DNA of 63,984 nucleotides, the filler included, from Catajapyx aquilonaris (Eukaryota): assembly GCA_000934665.2 (NCBI GenBank). It is 3 parts of 3 records of this genome, joined end to end, with 100 filler letters (N's around TTAATTAATTAA, not from the genome) between each part and the next. Parts side by side here need not be neighbours in the genome. Positions count along the whole stretch, not along the records: positions 42,980 to 63,984 come from JYFJ02006152.1; 2 more parts are not named here. One strand, written 5' to 3'. The stretch's first letter is position 1, and every line of letters starts with the position of its first letter. Positions 60,418 through 63,984 of the stretch are shown here, in pieces. Made by a program: the position numbers and the translations under genes. The notes under the pieces are model-generated. The model saw only the letters and a list, made by a program, of their open reading frames with translations. It was not told the DNA's origin and ran no database searches.

Positions 60418-61146
60418 AAGCTGGCTACATCACGGCAATATCTTGTTCATGGCATTCAGGCATGCTGTACCTCTCTGAGTACCAAACCATACCAAACTAC
60501 CAAATATTCAGTGCTCAAAACACTGGTGAGCACTTCCAAAATAAAAGTGATCTGCTAGCTGTGCTATTATTAAAATCTGCCTTTCTTTCAGCTGGTGGGA
60601 TTGGCATTTGCATCGGTTTACTCTATGGCGGAGGCGGGAGAATAATAGCCTAATTATTATCAGACGCTTTTTCTAGTTTAAAAGCATTCGTATGAAAATT
60701 ATTGCACTTCCTCCCGCTAGATCTAATGCGCATCCGCACCGCCACTCTTACAGACTCCTACGATACGGTAGTTTAATTACAGAGTATCCGCTACACCGGG
60801 AATTTTGGCGCTGGCATTGATATAAATGGGAAGAGCGCGGAGGAACAAGTGATTTATATGACATTTCGAACTACTCACACTTTACACGTTATGTGTTACA
60901 TTTTAAATATGATGTATATTTTATCCCATATATATGTCATTATCGGGCATTATACCCTGCATTATACAGTCACACTGGCGCTGTACCCAGAGGCGGTGGG
61001 AAGGTGAAGTAATGGAGAGTTCTCCTGTTGCATTATTTGTCTCATTATCAGCAGAAGGGGAACAGCGGGACGAGCGGGACACATGCGTTATGAAACACAG
61101 GCAAGAGTGAAGAGAGTTGCTAGCCTTGGCCGTGCGGAAGTGAATC

Positions 61147-62914
61147 ATGGAGTGGGACGACGTGATCTACCTCTCTCTGCTCATCTTCTCCATAGGATTT
61201 GGGGAGTACTTCCGAAGAGTAGAGTCGGTTTCTCATAGACAATGGCTAGCGAGCATCACAGGGGCGGTGTTTGTTGTGGTTGTGTCTGGTGTACACACCT
61301 TACATCCGCTCATGCTCCTTGCCCTTAACATATTTATCATCTTGAAGACGAGTCGGAGGTAAAGTTGGGATGCCTTATCTTGAAGTTGTGGAGGTGTTTT
61401 TTTGTGTATTGAATGGCAGCATGAGACTGCGGGGTGTGGCATGCAATATGTTCCGCAGAACAGGTGTAAGGTCCAGGTGAAACCATTATACCATAGGAGT
61501 TGCAGAAGCAGAGTGATGTTCATAAATGAATTACTAAAGCATTCATGAAGCTTCATAATTTTTGTACTTTCTCTCCCTTCATCACAGATGATTTGTCATT
61601 CCATATAAATGTGACTGTGGCGGTATGTGCTTAACTAGTGTTTCTGCTTTCTGTGGTACAGAAAAATGACCTTATTTTGAAGCATGTGAAACTAGTTTAC
61701 CACACATGGGGGGAAACATGAAATGCAGTTGTGATATCTGATCATATTTAGGTTTTTTACATTTGTGAGCATATACCTTCGTTACAAAAATGTAAATGTA
61801 CTTAAGTGCATTAGATCCTTCCATGGGATACATTTAAGTAAGTGCTCATATGCATTGCTCAGCGTTGTCATGAGTTACATTGTCAAGGAGGCTGTTGGTT
61901 TGTTAGAAGCTAGATACAGCTGTTGCATGTGATTAGATTATACAGAGGTACCATATGTCAGGTGCAAGTCTGATTACAAACAAACCATGATGTTAAATAC
62001 AGCTTTTGCAAAATAAAGCCACTCCTCCACTCTCTGATAATGGAACCTCTGATATGGAACTCTCTGATAATGGAACCGGTATAATTATAATAATTATGGT
62101 AATCAGCATGAGTTTACATTGTGCTTCACTTCTAACGTGCTATTTGTTTGCACCTTCATGCAAGGCATATGACTGTATATATTCAATAGTGAGTCAAATT
62201 AAAATATCTAATAATAAATTTTGAGGGGGAGGTGTGGTGGCCGTGATGGTAACGTCACGGCTTGCTGAGTGAAAGGCCCCAGGTTCGATCCCCGCCTGGG
62301 GAACTTTCCTTTCACCTGCGTCGGGAGGGTCTCTGACCTGCACCAAGGAGGTGTCTGGCAACCTAACCTCCTGGGGGACAGCACATGACCCATGTTGTAG
62401 ACATTGCACTTGCACCCCATGTTCCCTCCCCAAAAATCCCTACCCCTACCCTACATCCTTGACTCCTTGCACCGGTGACTGAAGAAAAATGACAGAGAAA
62501 ACTGATGGTGGTGTGCCACCCCCCAAATAGGCCATTGATGCCTGGCACGGGGTAAATTAAAAATTAAAAAAATATATATAATAATAATAATAATAAATTT
62601 TGAGGAAAGGAGGAAGTCACTCTACACCAGTTGGATGTGTCCCTTGGGGCTTACCTGCCTGTTGGTCACCCCTGCTTTATAATGGCATGCTTCTATATGT
62701 GTGAAGTGCAGTAATTACAGTAGAATAGTGAGCATAATTATTACTGCATTCCCCATTGAAGGTTAATTGCTCCGTATTTATTTGCAGGTACTGCCACATT
62801 TTAAGCTTTGCCTTGAGTTTTTGTTACTTACTCTGGTTCCGCACAACGTACCACTTTGGCGTACCCTATGCGCCTGCACATACGAATGCAGTTCAGATGA
62901 TACTGACGCTTAAA
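61147..62914 (+). CDS. MBOAT7: Lysophospholipid acyltransferase 7 (MBOAT7/LPIAT1, Drosophila frj-like), first two coding exons; continues beyond the window
   Basis: Exon 61147-61358 (MEWDDVIYLSLLIFSIGFG...VVVSGVHTLHP, donor AG/gtaaag) and exon 62788-62914 (YCHILSF...LLWFRT...PAHTNAVQMILTLK, donor gtaagt). The phase 2 junction matches. NAVQ(M/L)xLTLK is typical of MBOAT7. Confidence 0.88.
62227..62587 (+). mobile_element. tRNA-derived SINE S4 in MBOAT7 intron 1
   Basis: Head GGTGGCCGTGATGG...GGTTCGATCCC, AT-rich tail, TSD TAATAATAAATTTTGAGG on both sides. Confidence 0.8.
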
Positions 62915-63116
62915 GTAAGTGATGTTTTAAAAAAAATTTTACTCCTGCTGTGAAATATCCTTATAAAAATATTCATAACTATATATTGCAATTTGATTGG
63001 CACATTCCAAGTGAAATTCTATTTCAGGTTTTTAATTTTTTTTGAAATAATAGCTTGTTAAAGCAGTTACTGTTATTAAGTTATTTTCATAGGCAATAAA
63101 AAATTAGTTGCCTATA

Positions 63117-63474
63117 CAGTGGAGCATCGATTATCCAAACAGTCTGCCAAGGGGGTGTTCGGATAACTGATTGTTCGGATAACCGATCATTTACGGAAAA
63201 AAATTGTACCGGTGTCATAGGAGCAATATGAAACTAAGAAACAGTGATATTAACCACAAAACTGTATATTTTCTGTCACAGGCACGTCTTAAAAATACTG
63301 TACATGTACCTTACTGTCCTTACATGAACTAGTCCTGCAGTTTAGGGGAGAAAAAAGGCGTTTTTTTGTTTTTTGGGGGTTTTTTGGTTGGTTATTTGGT
63401 TTTTTTCCGACCCGAAAACGTTCGGTTAACTGATGGTTCGGTTGATCGGTGTTCGGATAATCGATGCTCCACTG
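63117..63474. mobile_element. MITE family B, copy 3
   Basis: TA-CAGTGGAGCATCGATTATCC...GGATAATCGATGCTCCACTG-TA, near-identical to 34498-34886. Confidence 0.9.
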
Positions 63475-63756
63475 TATTATATAGAGTAGAAGCCACCCAG
63501 CAGGCCTTGAACTGACATTTCAGAAGAATCATAGAATGAGCAGGGATTGGAGCAGGGTTTAGATTTTGCATCTGAATATTCTAATGAGTAATCAATGCAT
63601 CTGCCAGGGGCACTTCAAGCTCCTGGCACTGACGTTTTTTTAATCTAAATATGTTGTACTCCCAATTAACTAAGTGCAAATTATCTGTGCATCACAAAAA
63701 CAAAAGAAAATAAATAAAGGTCAGAAAAATGCCAATGTCTTGCAAACAAAGAAATA

Positions 63757-63984
63757 CGAGGAGTGATCAAAAAGTAAGGTCTCCAAGGCTGTAACCTTTA
63801 TTCTGTATGAACACAAATGACGAAACTTACAGGGTACATGAGGACAATGGACATCTACTTTTCTACATAGTTTCCACACCGAAGAAAGCACTTATCCCAT
63901 CGCCAGACCAGTTTCTCAATCCCTTCCCAATAGAAAGGGGTGCCCTGTTGACAGCACCAGTCACGCAGCCTTCTTCACCTCATC
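63757..63984 (-). mobile_element. mariner element right end, runs out of the window
   Basis: TA-CGAGGAGTGATCAAAAAGTAAG TIR. The minus strand encodes LVWRWDKCFLRCGNYVEK*. Confidence 0.8.

Overview
This is eukaryotic, most likely arthropod, genomic DNA from a draft scaffold. It has GT-AG introns (many only 55-60 nt, others kb-sized and repeat-filled) and three N-gaps. Five spliced genes can be reconstructed by hand. (1) The last four coding exons of an ENOX1/2-family gene (+, 9116-15249). (2) A two-exon, 144-aa insulin-like peptide (ILP) preprohormone gene that the ORF track only partly shows (-, 20276-18672). It has a full six-Cys insulin framework but an atypical A-chain start and no dibasic C/A cleavage site. 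(3) A Gly-rich protein with three KH domains built from symmetric phase-0 exons (-, 41632-24899). It resembles a DDX43-like N-terminus with no helicase and may be decaying. (4) A complete 15-exon ALiX/PDCD6IP gene (-, 58462-45508, 846 aa). (5) The first two exons of MBOAT7/LPIAT1 (+, from 61147), head-to-head with ALiX, with a variant tRNA-Gln(CTG) between them. The rest is dense with transposon debris: Tc1/mariner/pogo-type, Harbinger-, Sola- and CMC-like MITEs, two Academ(XPG)-like remnants, a 7.4-kb LINE with a 15-bp TSD holding nested elements, four tRNA-derived SINE families (one with a V-SINE-like core) and Helitron-like pieces. Family assignments come from remembered motifs, not database searches.
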